A DNA stretch of 53,908 nt, from assembly GCA_965225085.1 (NCBI GenBank), contig CBDDBE010000003.1:67023-120930 (forward strand), in the 5' to 3' direction. The notes under the pieces were generated by a model that was not told the DNA's origin, ran no database searches, and saw only the letters and a program-made list of their open reading frames with translations. Every line of letters starts with the position of its first letter. Position 1 is the first letter of the stretch. This DNA comes from an uncultured Candidatus Saccharibacteria bacterium (GTDB taxonomy: Bacteria; Patescibacteriota; Saccharimonadia; Saccharimonadales; EFPC-124). The position numbers and the translations under genes were made by a program. Below are positions 19,770 through 28,909 of this stretch, piece after piece.

Positions 19770-20780
19770 ATGGCCAACATGCCCATCTACGAAGAAAAGG
19801 ATCGTATGATTACATTCAAACGCAAAAACGAGCAACAATCTACCTCTGTGGTGCTCGACACCAGCGGTATTATTGATGGTCGAATCTTAGAGATTGCCAG
19901 GGCTGGCTTTGTGCCGCAAAACGTCATCGTTGCACAATTTGTGATTGCCGAGCTACAGTTCCTGGCCGACCACGGCGACACACACAAACGCGAACGCGCT
20001 CGCTACGGCCTGGACATAGTCCGCGAGCTTCAGGATGTGCGCCATGTCGAGGTCAGCATCGCCCGCGAAAAATTCGAAGACATCAAAGAAGTTGACGACA
20101 AGCTGGTCGCGCTGGCAAAACAATACGGCGCGTTCCTGTACACAACCGACTTCAACCTGAACAAAGTTGCGCAGATCGAAGGCATTCAAGTACTGAACGT
20201 CAATGAGCTGGCGCACGCCCTTCGGCCAAACTTGCTGCCAGGCGAGCGCGTCACTATCAAGCTGACTCAGGTTGGACAGGACAAGACCCAGGGCGTCGGC
20301 TACCTGAATGACGGCACTATGGTTGTCGTAGAGCAGGCTGGACGCTACATCGGCCAGCAAGTGCAAGCTATTTGCACGCGCATTTTGCAGACGCAGGCAG
20401 GTAAGATGATGTTTGCGACACTGGCCTCTCAACCCCAAACCCCCACTCAACCCGCCCCATCTGCCGAACCCGCCAGGCAAAAGCCAGCCCGTCAGCAAAG
20501 TGCGCCACAGCCGAACCAACACAGTGAACGGCGCGACAACAACAATCACAAGTCCAACCAGCCTCGGCCTCAGGAACCAAACGCCAAACAGAGCCCACGG
20601 CAGCGCCAGCAGGGCTCGCCGCCGCAGCAACAGCGCCAGAATCAACCCGGAACTGCTACAAATCGCCCGCAGCCTGCACAGGGTCATGCAAAGCCGCAGC
20701 AGAATCAAAATCGCGGACGAAAGCGCCGCGTATCACCCGAGGATTCACTTCTCGCGACACTCGAGGAAATCCAACGCTAG
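19770..20780 (+). CDS. PIN/TRAM domain protein (YacL-like) with a Q/P/R-rich disordered tail
   Basis: LDTSGIIDGRI, EVDDKLV, TTDFNLNKVA, QGVGYL.DGTMVVVE, QT.AGKM.FA. Confidence 0.9.
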   Translation: MANMPIYEEKDRMITFKRKNEQQSTSVVLDTSGIIDGRILEIARAGFVPQNVIVAQFVIAELQFLADHGDTHKRERARYGLDIVRELQDVRHVEVSIAREKFEDIKEVDDKLVALAKQYGAFLYTTDFNLNKVAQIEGIQVLNVNELAHALRPNLLPGERVTIKLTQVGQDKTQGVGYLNDGTMVVVEQAGRYIGQQVQAICTRILQTQAGKMMFATLASQPQTPTQPAPSAEPARQKPARQQSAPQPNQHSERRDNNNHKSNQPRPQEPNAKQSPRQRQQGSPPQQQRQNQPGTATNRPQPAQGHAKPQQNQNRGRKRRVSPEDSLLATLEEIQR

Positions 20781-20791
20781 AGCAGATAACA

Positions 20792-20834
20792 AAAACCAAA
20801 AGAGCCGGGCATTGCGCCTGGCTCTTTTGGTTTT
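20792..20834. terminator. Bidirectional terminator between the convergent yacL-like and PBP genes
   Basis: AAAACCAAAAGAGCCGGGC ... GCCTGGCTCTTTTGGTTTT. Confidence 0.85.
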
Positions 20835-20853
20835 GGGAAGTATGTCGACTGAG

Positions 20854-23577
20854 CTAGAAACCCGCTACGGTTGCCAGGCGACGCTCCCACGCCGGGCCAC
20901 CATTGTGTGAATTTGCAAGTTGCGATGGAGCAGCTACGACGGTGACGCTCACCGTCTTGGTGTCGCTAGCCTGGTAGTAGGCTTGATCGGTCACTGTAGC
21001 AACGACCGATTTACTGCCAGAGCTTGTGAAAGTGTACTCAACTGATACCGAGCTACCGCTAGTCACAGGTTGGCTGGCAATGTTCTGCCCATCGACGGTT
21101 ATATCGACGGTTTGCAATCCGAAGGTGCCTTGGTTGGCTGTTGCCGTAAACTTGTACTTCGCGCCAGTCTCGTGCAGAGATACCAGCGAAACAAAGGGCT
21201 TAACATCGTCGCACTTATGCGTATCGTCATCGTTATCCGGGTCGTAGCCATCTGGCGCAGTCGTAGTCTTGACGTTGGTAATCGGATCCGTATCGATTTG
21301 TACCGTTTGGCTAATCTTGGCGGCGTCGGGTGTGCAATTGGTGGCCTTTTTCTTGGACACTTTGTCGAACACTACCTGGGCACCCCCGGCGTCCTTGGGC
21401 TTGGTGTACCATGAGGGCCAAATGTCAGTGCGGCCATTGATCGAAAGCGTCTGAATGCCCGATGGCTTGGTAAACCAGTCACCCAGCTTATACTGTCCGG
21501 CTGGCACAAGGACATTCTTGTGGACATCGCCCATGTATTCGTTAATGATCGTGCCGGGTATAGGCCCAGCAATGGCACGTAGCGGCCCGCCGTCATGGCG
21601 CCCCATCCATACACCGGTTGCGATTTTGGTCGAGAAGCTCATCATCCAGTTATCCTTGGCGTGGCCATTGCCGTCGTCGGTTGTACCGGTCTTGGTTGAG
21701 GTTTTGACGCCTGGTATGTTTTCGCCAAGCGGGTTAGGGCCGAACACGCGCTGCCTTGCGGACGGGTCAGTCAAGATATCGGTCAGCATGTAGGCGACCT
21801 GGGGATCCATAACTCGCTTGGACTGGTCCTTCCACTGCTGGATGACTTGGCCCTGGGCGTTGTGGACATCGAGGATGTAGCTTTCTTGCTTGTATGCGCC
21901 GCCGCGAGCGATGGATGCGTAGGCGTTCACATGCTCGACCTGACGGACATGGCAGCCACCAATTGCCGCACTGAGCCCGTAGTCTTCGCCCACGCAGTAG
22001 CTGTGGTCACCCATATCACGGGCAAGCTTCAGGACATTGTCGATGCCTGATATGTAGGCGGCTTCAACGGCGGGGGGGTTGCGCGAGTTGCCGAAGGCCT
22101 CGCGGATAGGGATATTGCCGAAGAAGCGACCGTCGTAGTTATACAGTTTGCCGTGGTAAATGTCGCTGATATCTTTGTCAGGGAGGACGCTGCCAGGACC
22201 ATAATTGGTACCGGGGCGCTGAGAGAAAAGCTGACCATAGTCAAAGGCTTTTATGGAAGAGCCTGGCTGCAGCAGTGCCGTCGCAGCGTTCACCGCGCCG
22301 TACTCTTTGTTATTGAAGTCGTAGCTACCCACCATAGCCAACACTTGGCCGGTCGCGACATCGACAGACGTCAAGGCAAGGTTATCGGCACCGTTGATGT
22401 TGTGCCCAGGCGCAAGATATTTGTTCCAGGCGTTGTTCACGGACTGTTCGGCGATTTGCTGCATACGGTAGTCCAGGGTAGTTTTGACGCTCAGGCCGCC
22501 TTCACGCACGAGCTTCTGCCCAAATTGTTGCTCCAGCTGGTTGCGCACCTCCAGGACAAAATGTGGCGCTTTGATATCCTCGGTGCTTGAAATCTCGGGT
22601 TTGATCGTGTCCAGTACCGCAACTTTCTTGGCGTCAGTCGCCTGCTGTTCGGTAATGTACCCCTGGCTAGCCATGGCATCGAGCACAAGGTGCTGACGCT
22701 TTATGAGCGACTGATTGTAATCTGTGTTGTAGGGGTTGTACACACTGGGGTTCTGCGGAATACCCGCCAGCAACGCTGCTTCGGACAGGCTAAGATCCTT
22801 GGCAGACTTGCCAAAATAAGTCTGCGAGGCCGATTCAACGCCATTGCGTCGCCCGCCATACGGTGATTCGTTGAGGTAAAGTGTCAGAATCTGGTCCTTG
22901 TTATACATCCGCTCAACCTCAAGCGCCAAAATAATCTCCTTGATCTTGCGAGGAATACCCCCCAGCCCACGATTTTGCGCTTCATCGCTGAAGAAAACTT
23001 GCTTGACCAACTGCTGAGTCAGTGTAGAACCGCCCTGGGTGTCGCCGCCGGTCACATTACTAAAAACAGCTCGGAACGTACCGTTCAGACTAACGCCCGG
23101 GTGCTTGTAGAAGTCCCTATCCTCGATAGCGACCGTTGCTTCCTTCATGTAGTTGTTGATGTCGCCGGAGTCAACTACCAGACGATAATTGCCGTCGCCC
23201 TTGTCCTCCCACAGCAATACACCGTTACGGTCATAATAGCGCGTTACAGAGGTCTGCACACGCTTGGCCAGTTCGCTTGGGCGAATGGCGTCCAACTCGT
23301 GCCGGAAATAGGCAAATAACGCCGCAATGAAAATTGCCAAGACAACAAACCCAACTCCGGCTAACTTCAGTAGCATCATTGCGCCTTCACGGCTGAACCA
23401 ATACTTGAACACGCGCTTGGGGTGCAGGCGATACAGCAACCGTTGGAGTGGCTGCTTGGGAAGACTAGCCAGATACTCGGCCTTGCGACGCGATTTGACA
23501 TCAGCCTTGTTTTTGCGATGAGCGGTCAAGTTGGAATACACGCTCAGTCCAGGCACGCGGCGGCGTTGCTTCTTCAT
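20854..23577 (-). CDS. Class A penicillin-binding protein (transglycosylase-transpeptidase) with C-terminal Ig-like domain
   Basis: AIEDRDFY.H.G, GGSTLTQQLVK, RKIKE; SxxK (GSSIK), SxN (SRN), KTG (KTGTT). Confidence 0.95.
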   Translation of the reverse strand: MKKQRRRVPGLSVYSNLTAHRKNKADVKSRRKAEYLASLPKQPLQRLLYRLHPKRVFKYWFSREGAMMLLKLAGVGFVVLAIFIAALFAYFRHELDAIRPSELAKRVQTSVTRYYDRNGVLLWEDKGDGNYRLVVDSGDINNYMKEATVAIEDRDFYKHPGVSLNGTFRAVFSNVTGGDTQGGSTLTQQLVKQVFFSDEAQNRGLGGIPRKIKEIILALEVERMYNKDQILTLYLNESPYGGRRNGVESASQTYFGKSAKDLSLSEAALLAGIPQNPSVYNPYNTDYNQSLIKRQHLVLDAMASQGYITEQQATDAKKVAVLDTIKPEISSTEDIKAPHFVLEVRNQLEQQFGQKLVREGGLSVKTTLDYRMQQIAEQSVNNAWNKYLAPGHNINGADNLALTSVDVATGQVLAMVGSYDFNNKEYGAVNAATALLQPGSSIKAFDYGQLFSQRPGTNYGPGSVLPDKDISDIYHGKLYNYDGRFFGNIPIREAFGNSRNPPAVEAAYISGIDNVLKLARDMGDHSYCVGEDYGLSAAIGGCHVRQVEHVNAYASIARGGAYKQESYILDVHNAQGQVIQQWKDQSKRVMDPQVAYMLTDILTDPSARQRVFGPNPLGENIPGVKTSTKTGTTDDGNGHAKDNWMMSFSTKIATGVWMGRHDGGPLRAIAGPIPGTIINEYMGDVHKNVLVPAGQYKLGDWFTKPSGIQTLSINGRTDIWPSWYTKPKDAGGAQVVFDKVSKKKATNCTPDAAKISQTVQIDTDPITNVKTTTAPDGYDPDNDDDTHKCDDVKPFVSLVSLHETGAKYKFTATANQGTFGLQTVDITVDGQNIASQPVTSGSSVSVEYTFTSSGSKSVVATVTDQAYYQASDTKTVSVTVVAAPSQLANSHNGGPAWERRLATVAGF

Positions 23578-23704
23578 AGTCAGCTGGTAGTCTCCTTAAA
23601 CCATTAGCAAATCTATGCTCCATTATAGCATTTGATTGCGCGCTGCAAGCGATTTTCGCTATAATTGAGATCAAGCTAAAAGTATAGTCTGACAAGGATA
23701 ACGT

Positions 23705-24895
23705 ATGACACTTTCCGAGGAACTGAGCTGGCGTGGTTTTGTGAACCAAACCACATTTCGAGATATAAAGGAGCTAGACAAGGCGCCCCTGACGTTCTAC
23801 TGGGGTGTCGACCCAAGTGCGTCGTCGATGCAGGTAGGCAACCTGGCGATGGCCATGATGGTGCGGCACTTTATAAGTCATGGGCACAAGGCGGTCCTGC
23901 TGGTCGGTGGCGCCACGGGCATCATTGGCGACCCTGACGGCAAGGCCGAGGAGCGCACCCTCAAGGGCCTGGACGAAATTGCCACAAACAAAGCCGCCAT
24001 CACAGCAGAGTATCGCCGTATTTTCGCTGGCCAGGACTTTGAAATCGTTGATAACTACGACTGGTTCAAAGGATTAGGCTATCTGGACTTCCTGCGCGAT
24101 ATCGGTAAGCACATGTCCATGACGCAGCTGCTGGATCGCGACTTTGTGCAGAGCCGTATTGGCAAGGGTGGTTCGGGCATCAGCTACGCCGAGTTTAGCT
24201 ATTCGCTCATTCAGGGATACGACTTTCTGCATCTGTTCCGCGACAAGGGCGTAACCTTGCAGGTTGCTGGCGCCGACCAGTGGGGTAACAGCATCTCGGG
24301 CGTCGAGCTAATTCGCAAGCTTGAAGGCAAGGAAGCTCACGTTTGGACGGGCCCAATCATCGTCAACAAATCAACTGGCAAGAAATTTGGCAAAAGTGAA
24401 GCCGGTGCAATTTGGCTGGACCCGGCCCAAACATCAGTTTTTGATTTCTACCAGTTCTGGCTGAACGCTGATGACGCCGGAGTTATCGATTACCTCAAAA
24501 TCTACACACTACTAGACAAGGAAACAATCGAGGGCCTTGCGCACCAGACCGCGCAGAGCCCATCCGAACGAGCCGCGCAGAAGGCACTAGCCTACGAGGC
24601 GACCCGCATCGTTCACGGCGAACAGCAGGCCGCCGCCGCCGCTGAAGCTACAACGCAACTCTTTGCTGGCGGCGAAAGTGACCTGACGCCAACTGTTGAA
24701 ATTCCGGCCGGCTCGTATGCCGTCATCGAGCTGCTCGTTCGCGCCAATCTGGCCTCAAGCAACTCCGAAGCGCGACGCTACTTCGAACAGGGCGGCGTAC
24801 GCCTGAACCAACAGAAGGTAGAAAGCGCAAACATCGACGTACGGTCGGGCGACCTTCTACAAGTTGGGAAGCGAAAGTTTGTAAAGATTGCATAG
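23705..24895 (+). CDS. tyrS: Tyrosine--tRNA ligase
   Basis: YWGVDP...SMQVGN, EFSYSLIQGYDF, GADQWGN, KFGKSE, C-terminal S4 domain. Confidence 0.96.
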   Translation: MTLSEELSWRGFVNQTTFRDIKELDKAPLTFYWGVDPSASSMQVGNLAMAMMVRHFISHGHKAVLLVGGATGIIGDPDGKAEERTLKGLDEIATNKAAITAEYRRIFAGQDFEIVDNYDWFKGLGYLDFLRDIGKHMSMTQLLDRDFVQSRIGKGGSGISYAEFSYSLIQGYDFLHLFRDKGVTLQVAGADQWGNSISGVELIRKLEGKEAHVWTGPIIVNKSTGKKFGKSEAGAIWLDPAQTSVFDFYQFWLNADDAGVIDYLKIYTLLDKETIEGLAHQTAQSPSERAAQKALAYEATRIVHGEQQAAAAAEATTQLFAGGESDLTPTVEIPAGSYAVIELLVRANLASSNSEARRYFEQGGVRLNQQKVESANIDVRSGDLLQVGKRKFVKIA

Positions 24896-24966
24896 ACTTG
24901 CACGCCACCCCCATTCGCCCGTTAAATAAGAACGCTAGATGCGCCCACTCTCAAAGGAGACAGCCC

Positions 24967-25136
24967 ATGAAGGCGAGTGAGCTAAAGCAAGACAGAGATT
25001 CAGCGCACCACACGCGAAGGAGGTCTTCACGCTGTCGGAGGACCCTCAGCCCGTAGGCGCCGCTTTGCTCGTACGGATCGAAGGAGAGCAGGAACCAATG
25101 TGGCTCATGGCCGACGACGAGGTGACGCCGGCATAA
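24967..25136 (+). pseudogene. Small orphan ORF (~56 aa) split by an apparent single-base frameshift
   Basis: SD AAGGAG + ATG 24967; adding one A at the AAA run 24984-24986 gives a continuous frame to TAA 25134-25136, followed by hairpin 25145-25167. Confidence 0.45.
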
Positions 25137-25183
25137 CTTCTAGCGGGCCGCGTGTAATGCGCGGCCCATCACCCCTCGAAATT

Positions 25184-27214
25184 ATGCAACTACAGAATCC
25201 AATAACTACCATAAAAGGCGTCGGGGAGAGCACAGCGGAAAAGCTGGCGAATCTTGGCGTGGAGACGATTGGGGACATGCTGTATTTGCTACCGAACAAA
25301 TATGATGATTTCAGTAAGATTACAAAGATTATCGACATTGCACCCGGCAAGGTGACGCTCAAAGCCCGCGTCGAGGCGGTCATAGGCCGCTACGTCAAAC
25401 GCCGAATGCACATTACCGAAGCGATTCTGGATGACGGCACTGCTAAAACCAAAGCAGTCTGGTTCAATCAGTCCTACCGGGCCGAACAGCTCAAAAAGGG
25501 TGAGGAATTTTACTTTTCTGGCACGTACGATCTGCAACGAACCAGCTACGTTCTTAGCAACCCGTCGACCGAGCGGGTCAGCGACTTCTCGACCAGTACG
25601 GCGCGAATTGTACCAATCTACCCTAATACGAAGGGTATAAAGTCCTTCACGCTGCGCAAAATTATGAAGGAGTTATTGCCCATCATGCGCATGTTGCCAG
25701 AGACATTGCCGGTCGAACTGGTGCGCCGAGAGAAGCTTGTGCCTATCAGCGATGCGCTGGAGCAGCTGCATTTTCCGGAGAAAGTCACAAGCCTTAGCGC
25801 GGCCAGAAAACGCCTGGCGTTCGAAGAGGTGCTCGAGCTGATGGTCGCCTCGCGGCTAAACAAGCGCGACAATGCCTCGCTGACAGGCTACCACATTCCG
25901 TTCAGCGAGCCAGCGGCCAAAGCATTCACGGCCAAACTGCCCTTTACCATGACCGGCGCCCAAAAGCGTGCAGCTTGGGAAATATTCCAAGACTTCGAGC
26001 GCGCAACGCCCATGAATCGCTTGCTGCAGGGCGACGTTGGTTCGGGCAAAACTGCAGTCGCCGCAATGGCAAGCTACATGGCCGTCCAAGCCGGGTACCA
26101 AGTGGCATTTATGGCACCAACAGAAATCCTCGCAGCCCAGCATGCCGAGACCATTGCAGCACTTCTGGAGCCGCTTGGCGTTCGCGTCGCGCTGCTCGTT
26201 GGGTCCATCAAGGCGAGTGCCAAGAAGGCCCTCCAAGAGCACATTGCGACCGGCGACGTCGACGTCGTTATTGGGACGCACGCGCTTATCCAACGACATA
26301 GTCAGTTCCACCAGCTGGGCCTGGTTGTGGTCGACGAGCAGCATCGCTTTGGTGTTGCCCAGCGCGCCGAGCTTTTGGGGCGGTCGCAGCACTTGCCGCA
26401 CCTGCTCAGCATGACCGCTACGCCGATTCCGCGGAGCCTGCAGCTCACGCTGTATGGCGAGCTAGAGGTTTCCATCCTCAATGAGCTGCCCAAAGGCCGC
26501 CAGCCAATCGTCACTAAGCTATTCTCCGGCCTTACCAGAAGGCCGCTTTACGCCCAGATCGACCAGCAGTTGGCCGAGGGTAGACAGGCCTACGTCGTGT
26601 GTCCGGTGATTGGCGTCGGGGGTGATGCCGAGCTCAAAAGTGTCGAGCTCGAATTTGAACGGCTGCAAAAGGACGTCTTTGCACATCGTCGCCTGGCCAA
26701 ACTTCATGGCAAAATGAAACCAGCCGAAAAAGATGACATCATGCGCCGGTTCAAAGCAGGCGAGTTTGACATGTTGGTCGCCACAACCGTCATCGAAGTG
26801 GGCGTCGACGTACCAAATGCCACCATTATGTTGATTGAGGGCGCCGAACGTTTTGGCCTAGCCCAGCTACATCAGCTGCGTGGGCGAGTCGGGCGCAGTG
26901 CCCACCAGAGTTACTGCTATCTGGTGCCGTCAGAGGGCAAGAAGCCGTCAGAGCGTCTGTTCGAGCTCGAAAAGTCACAAGACGGATTCTATCTGGCCGA
27001 AGTCGACCTGCGCTTGCGTGGACCTGGGGAGATTTATGGCCGGTCGCAGCACGGCGAACTAAACCTCAAAATCGCTAACCTAGCAGACATAAAGCTCCTC
27101 AAGCAAGCCCGCGACGGGGCGGATTGGCTTCTGGATAATGGCACTGATCTGCTACAATACAAGCAGTTCTATAAACACGTCTCGCGGTACCGCGGCTTGA
27201 CTTCGCTAAACTAA
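25184..27214 (+). CDS. recG: ATP-dependent DNA helicase RecG
   Basis: LQGDVGSGKT, DEQHRFG, MTATPIPRSL, QLHQLRGRVGR, D..LRGPGE; start re-called at ATG 25184. Confidence 0.96.
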   Translation: MQLQNPITTIKGVGESTAEKLANLGVETIGDMLYLLPNKYDDFSKITKIIDIAPGKVTLKARVEAVIGRYVKRRMHITEAILDDGTAKTKAVWFNQSYRAEQLKKGEEFYFSGTYDLQRTSYVLSNPSTERVSDFSTSTARIVPIYPNTKGIKSFTLRKIMKELLPIMRMLPETLPVELVRREKLVPISDALEQLHFPEKVTSLSAARKRLAFEEVLELMVASRLNKRDNASLTGYHIPFSEPAAKAFTAKLPFTMTGAQKRAAWEIFQDFERATPMNRLLQGDVGSGKTAVAAMASYMAVQAGYQVAFMAPTEILAAQHAETIAALLEPLGVRVALLVGSIKASAKKALQEHIATGDVDVVIGTHALIQRHSQFHQLGLVVVDEQHRFGVAQRAELLGRSQHLPHLLSMTATPIPRSLQLTLYGELEVSILNELPKGRQPIVTKLFSGLTRRPLYAQIDQQLAEGRQAYVVCPVIGVGGDAELKSVELEFERLQKDVFAHRRLAKLHGKMKPAEKDDIMRRFKAGEFDMLVATTVIEVGVDVPNATIMLIEGAERFGLAQLHQLRGRVGRSAHQSYCYLVPSEGKKPSERLFELEKSQDGFYLAEVDLRLRGPGEIYGRSQHGELNLKIANLADIKLLKQARDGADWLLDNGTDLLQYKQFYKHVSRYRGLTSLN

Positions 27215-27225
27215 CACAAAGCAAT

Positions 27226-28044
27226 ATGTATTCTGGCACTACCATTCGGAACGGCTCTGGCAATTTGCTGGGCGCCCATCAGAAAATCGACCGCATCGCG
27301 CGCGTTGCCCTTGAGGATGCGTTGCCCGATACGTCGTTCCCCTCCATCAAAGATATCCTATATTTCGAAGGCAAAAACGGACCGGATGGCATCAAACGCA
27401 AATCTCCGGCAAAGGACGAGCCGTGGCATTATTTTGACCCCATGGACGATAGCGACACCTCGCTTATCGACATGATCCAGCGTCACCACGAGAACCTGGT
27501 CAAGGCCCTGCGCCGCGGCAGCACCGAAAAGGCGGCATTCGAGGCAGCCTGGATGGCACATGCAATCGTGGATGGGCTAACGCCGGCGCATCACTTCAAG
27601 CTGCATGAAGTCCTTGAGCAAATGCGCGGTGAGGGCCTCGAAACGCGTACGACCATTCGCGACAAGCTCATCATCCATCAGGCAGGGGATACGAACCGCG
27701 AATTCCTATCCAAAAACTGGCGCTACTGGGGCGCAAAGGGCATTATGACCACACATGCGCTGTTCGAGTGGGGCTTTGCCGTAACTATTGCGCCACTACG
27801 CCTGCAAAAGGGCCATCCGTCCGGTAACGACCTGGTCCGCGTACGCAATGAAGGCATCGTGCCGACATTTCGCGAAGCCGCGCGCCATGTTTACAATCTG
27901 AAGATGTACGAACAATTCCAAAAACGTGGCTGGACGCGCACCCTTGCCAAGGCTACTCGGGAGGACCTAGCGCCCCTTATCGTGCGTGTCGTGACGCTGG
28001 CTTGGTACGAGGCCGCATACAAAGCATACGGTGGCAAAAAATGA
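27226..28044 (+). CDS. Zn-dependent phospholipase C / S1-P1 nuclease-like protein
   Basis: N-terminal GAH, PWHYFDP and AWMAHAIVDGLTPAHH resemble PLC/P1 Zn-ligand spacing; no signal peptide. Confidence 0.55.
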   Translation: MYSGTTIRNGSGNLLGAHQKIDRIARVALEDALPDTSFPSIKDILYFEGKNGPDGIKRKSPAKDEPWHYFDPMDDSDTSLIDMIQRHHENLVKALRRGSTEKAAFEAAWMAHAIVDGLTPAHHFKLHEVLEQMRGEGLETRTTIRDKLIIHQAGDTNREFLSKNWRYWGAKGIMTTHALFEWGFAVTIAPLRLQKGHPSGNDLVRVRNEGIVPTFREAARHVYNLKMYEQFQKRGWTRTLAKATREDLAPLIVRVVTLAWYEAAYKAYGGKK

Positions 28045-28583
28045 GAATGCGTATTGTCGCCGGCACACTTGGCGGGCGTTTTTTTGCAGCGCCAGACTCG
28101 ACAGCCACCCATCCTATGGCTGAACGAGTACGCGGCGCACTTTTCAATTCACTCGGGGACATCTCTGACATGAGCGTACTGGATGCCTTTGGCGGTAGCG
28201 GAGCTCTGGCCTTTGAAGCCGTCAGCAGAGGCGCTGCATCCGCACTCATCCTCGAACGTGACAAAAAAGCCGGACGCACCATCGAAGAAAACATCGCTAG
28301 CCTCGACCTCATCGATCAGGTCCGGCTCATCAAAACCAGCGCAAGTAGCTGGAGCGACAATAACGCCGAGCAGCAGTTTGACCTAGTACTCTGCGACCCG
28401 CCATACCACGATATGCAGTTATCCACAGTTTCAAAATTGTTTTCATTAGTCAAACCAAATGGGCTTATGGTATTATCATACCCAGGTAGGGAGTCAGCGC
28501 CGACCGTTAATGGAGTTGTTGTGGTGGACAAGTCTAAAAGTTACGGAGACGCGGCGCTGGCGTACTACCGCAAGGCTGCCTAA
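28041..28583 (+). CDS. rsmD: 16S rRNA m2G966 methyltransferase (RsmD family)
   Basis: MRIVAG..GGR, ERVR.ALFN.L, LDAFGGSGALAFEAVSRGA, DPPY; ATGA overlap with the upstream gene. Confidence 0.92.
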   Translation: MRMRIVAGTLGGRFFAAPDSTATHPMAERVRGALFNSLGDISDMSVLDAFGGSGALAFEAVSRGAASALILERDKKAGRTIEENIASLDLIDQVRLIKTSASSWSDNNAEQQFDLVLCDPPYHDMQLSTVSKLFSLVKPNGLMVLSYPGRESAPTVNGVVVVDKSKSYGDAALAYYRKAA

Positions 28584-28635
28584 AGAGGGCAGTCTTTTAG
28601 GTTACAACGTTATACGGTATAATATTGCATGTGTT

Positions 28636-28720
28636 GGGCGTATGGCGGAATTGGCATACGCGCCGGCTTGCCAAGTCGGTGGTGCTTTTGCACTATGCGG
28701 GTTCGATACCCGCTACGCGC
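28636..28720 (+). tRNA. Atypical type-II (Leu-like) tRNA with GCC anticodon; 3' end incomplete and overlapping tRNA-Leu
   Basis: Acceptor 5' GGGCGTA, D-arm GCGG-AATTGGCAT-ACGC, anticodon arm CCGGC-TTGCCAA-GTCGG, V-arm GGTGC-TTTT-GCACT, T-arm GCGGG-TTCGATA-CCCGC, then TACGC running into the next tRNA; TATAAT at 28618. Confidence 0.7.
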
Positions 28721-28802
28721 GCGAGTGGTGGAATGGTAGACACGCATGCCTTAGGAGCATGTGCCTTCGGGCGTGGAGGTTCAAGTCCTCTCTCGCGCAC
28801 CA
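28719..28802 (+). tRNA. tRNA-Leu(TAG)
   Basis: GCGCGAG/CTCGCGC acceptor, A73 + CCA, CATGC-CTTAGGA-GCATG anticodon arm, long V-arm, GGAGG-TTCAAGT-CCTCT T-arm. Confidence 0.96.
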
Positions 28803-28812
28803 TGGTAGAGAT

Positions 28813-28844
28813 ACAGAAGTGTTCCGCAATTGGAGCACTTTTTG
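28813..28844 (+). terminator. Terminator of the tRNA transcript
   Basis: AAGTGTTCC-gcaatt-GGAGCACTT-TTTGT. Confidence 0.75.
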
Positions 28845-28873
28845 TTTATGTTGGCTTGTGCATCTGTAAACTG

Positions 28874-28887
28874 GGTTCAAGTCCTCT
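28874..28887 (+). repeat. Exact 14-nt copy of the tRNA-Leu T-arm (att-like scar 1)
   Basis: GGTTCAAGTCCTCT identical to 28778-28791. Confidence 0.7.
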
Positions 28888-28909
28888 TTGGCTCTGATAT
28901 AATTGCCCC

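Noticed and set aside
20420-20720. CRISPR array or tandem DNA repeat in the CAG/CAA-rich stretch
   Set aside because: It only encodes the Gln/Pro-rich tail; there is no fixed repeat-spacer periodicity here or elsewhere in the window
23810-23850. TyrS HIGH-motif variant SMQVGN as a sign of inactivation
   Set aside because: All other catalytic motifs and the S4 domain are intact; HIGH variants are common
24900-25180. Structured ncRNA (RNase P RNA, tmRNA, SRP, T-box) between tyrS and recG
   Set aside because: No GAGGAAAGTCC, tRNA-like ends or T-box motif; SD + ORF + terminator explains the region better
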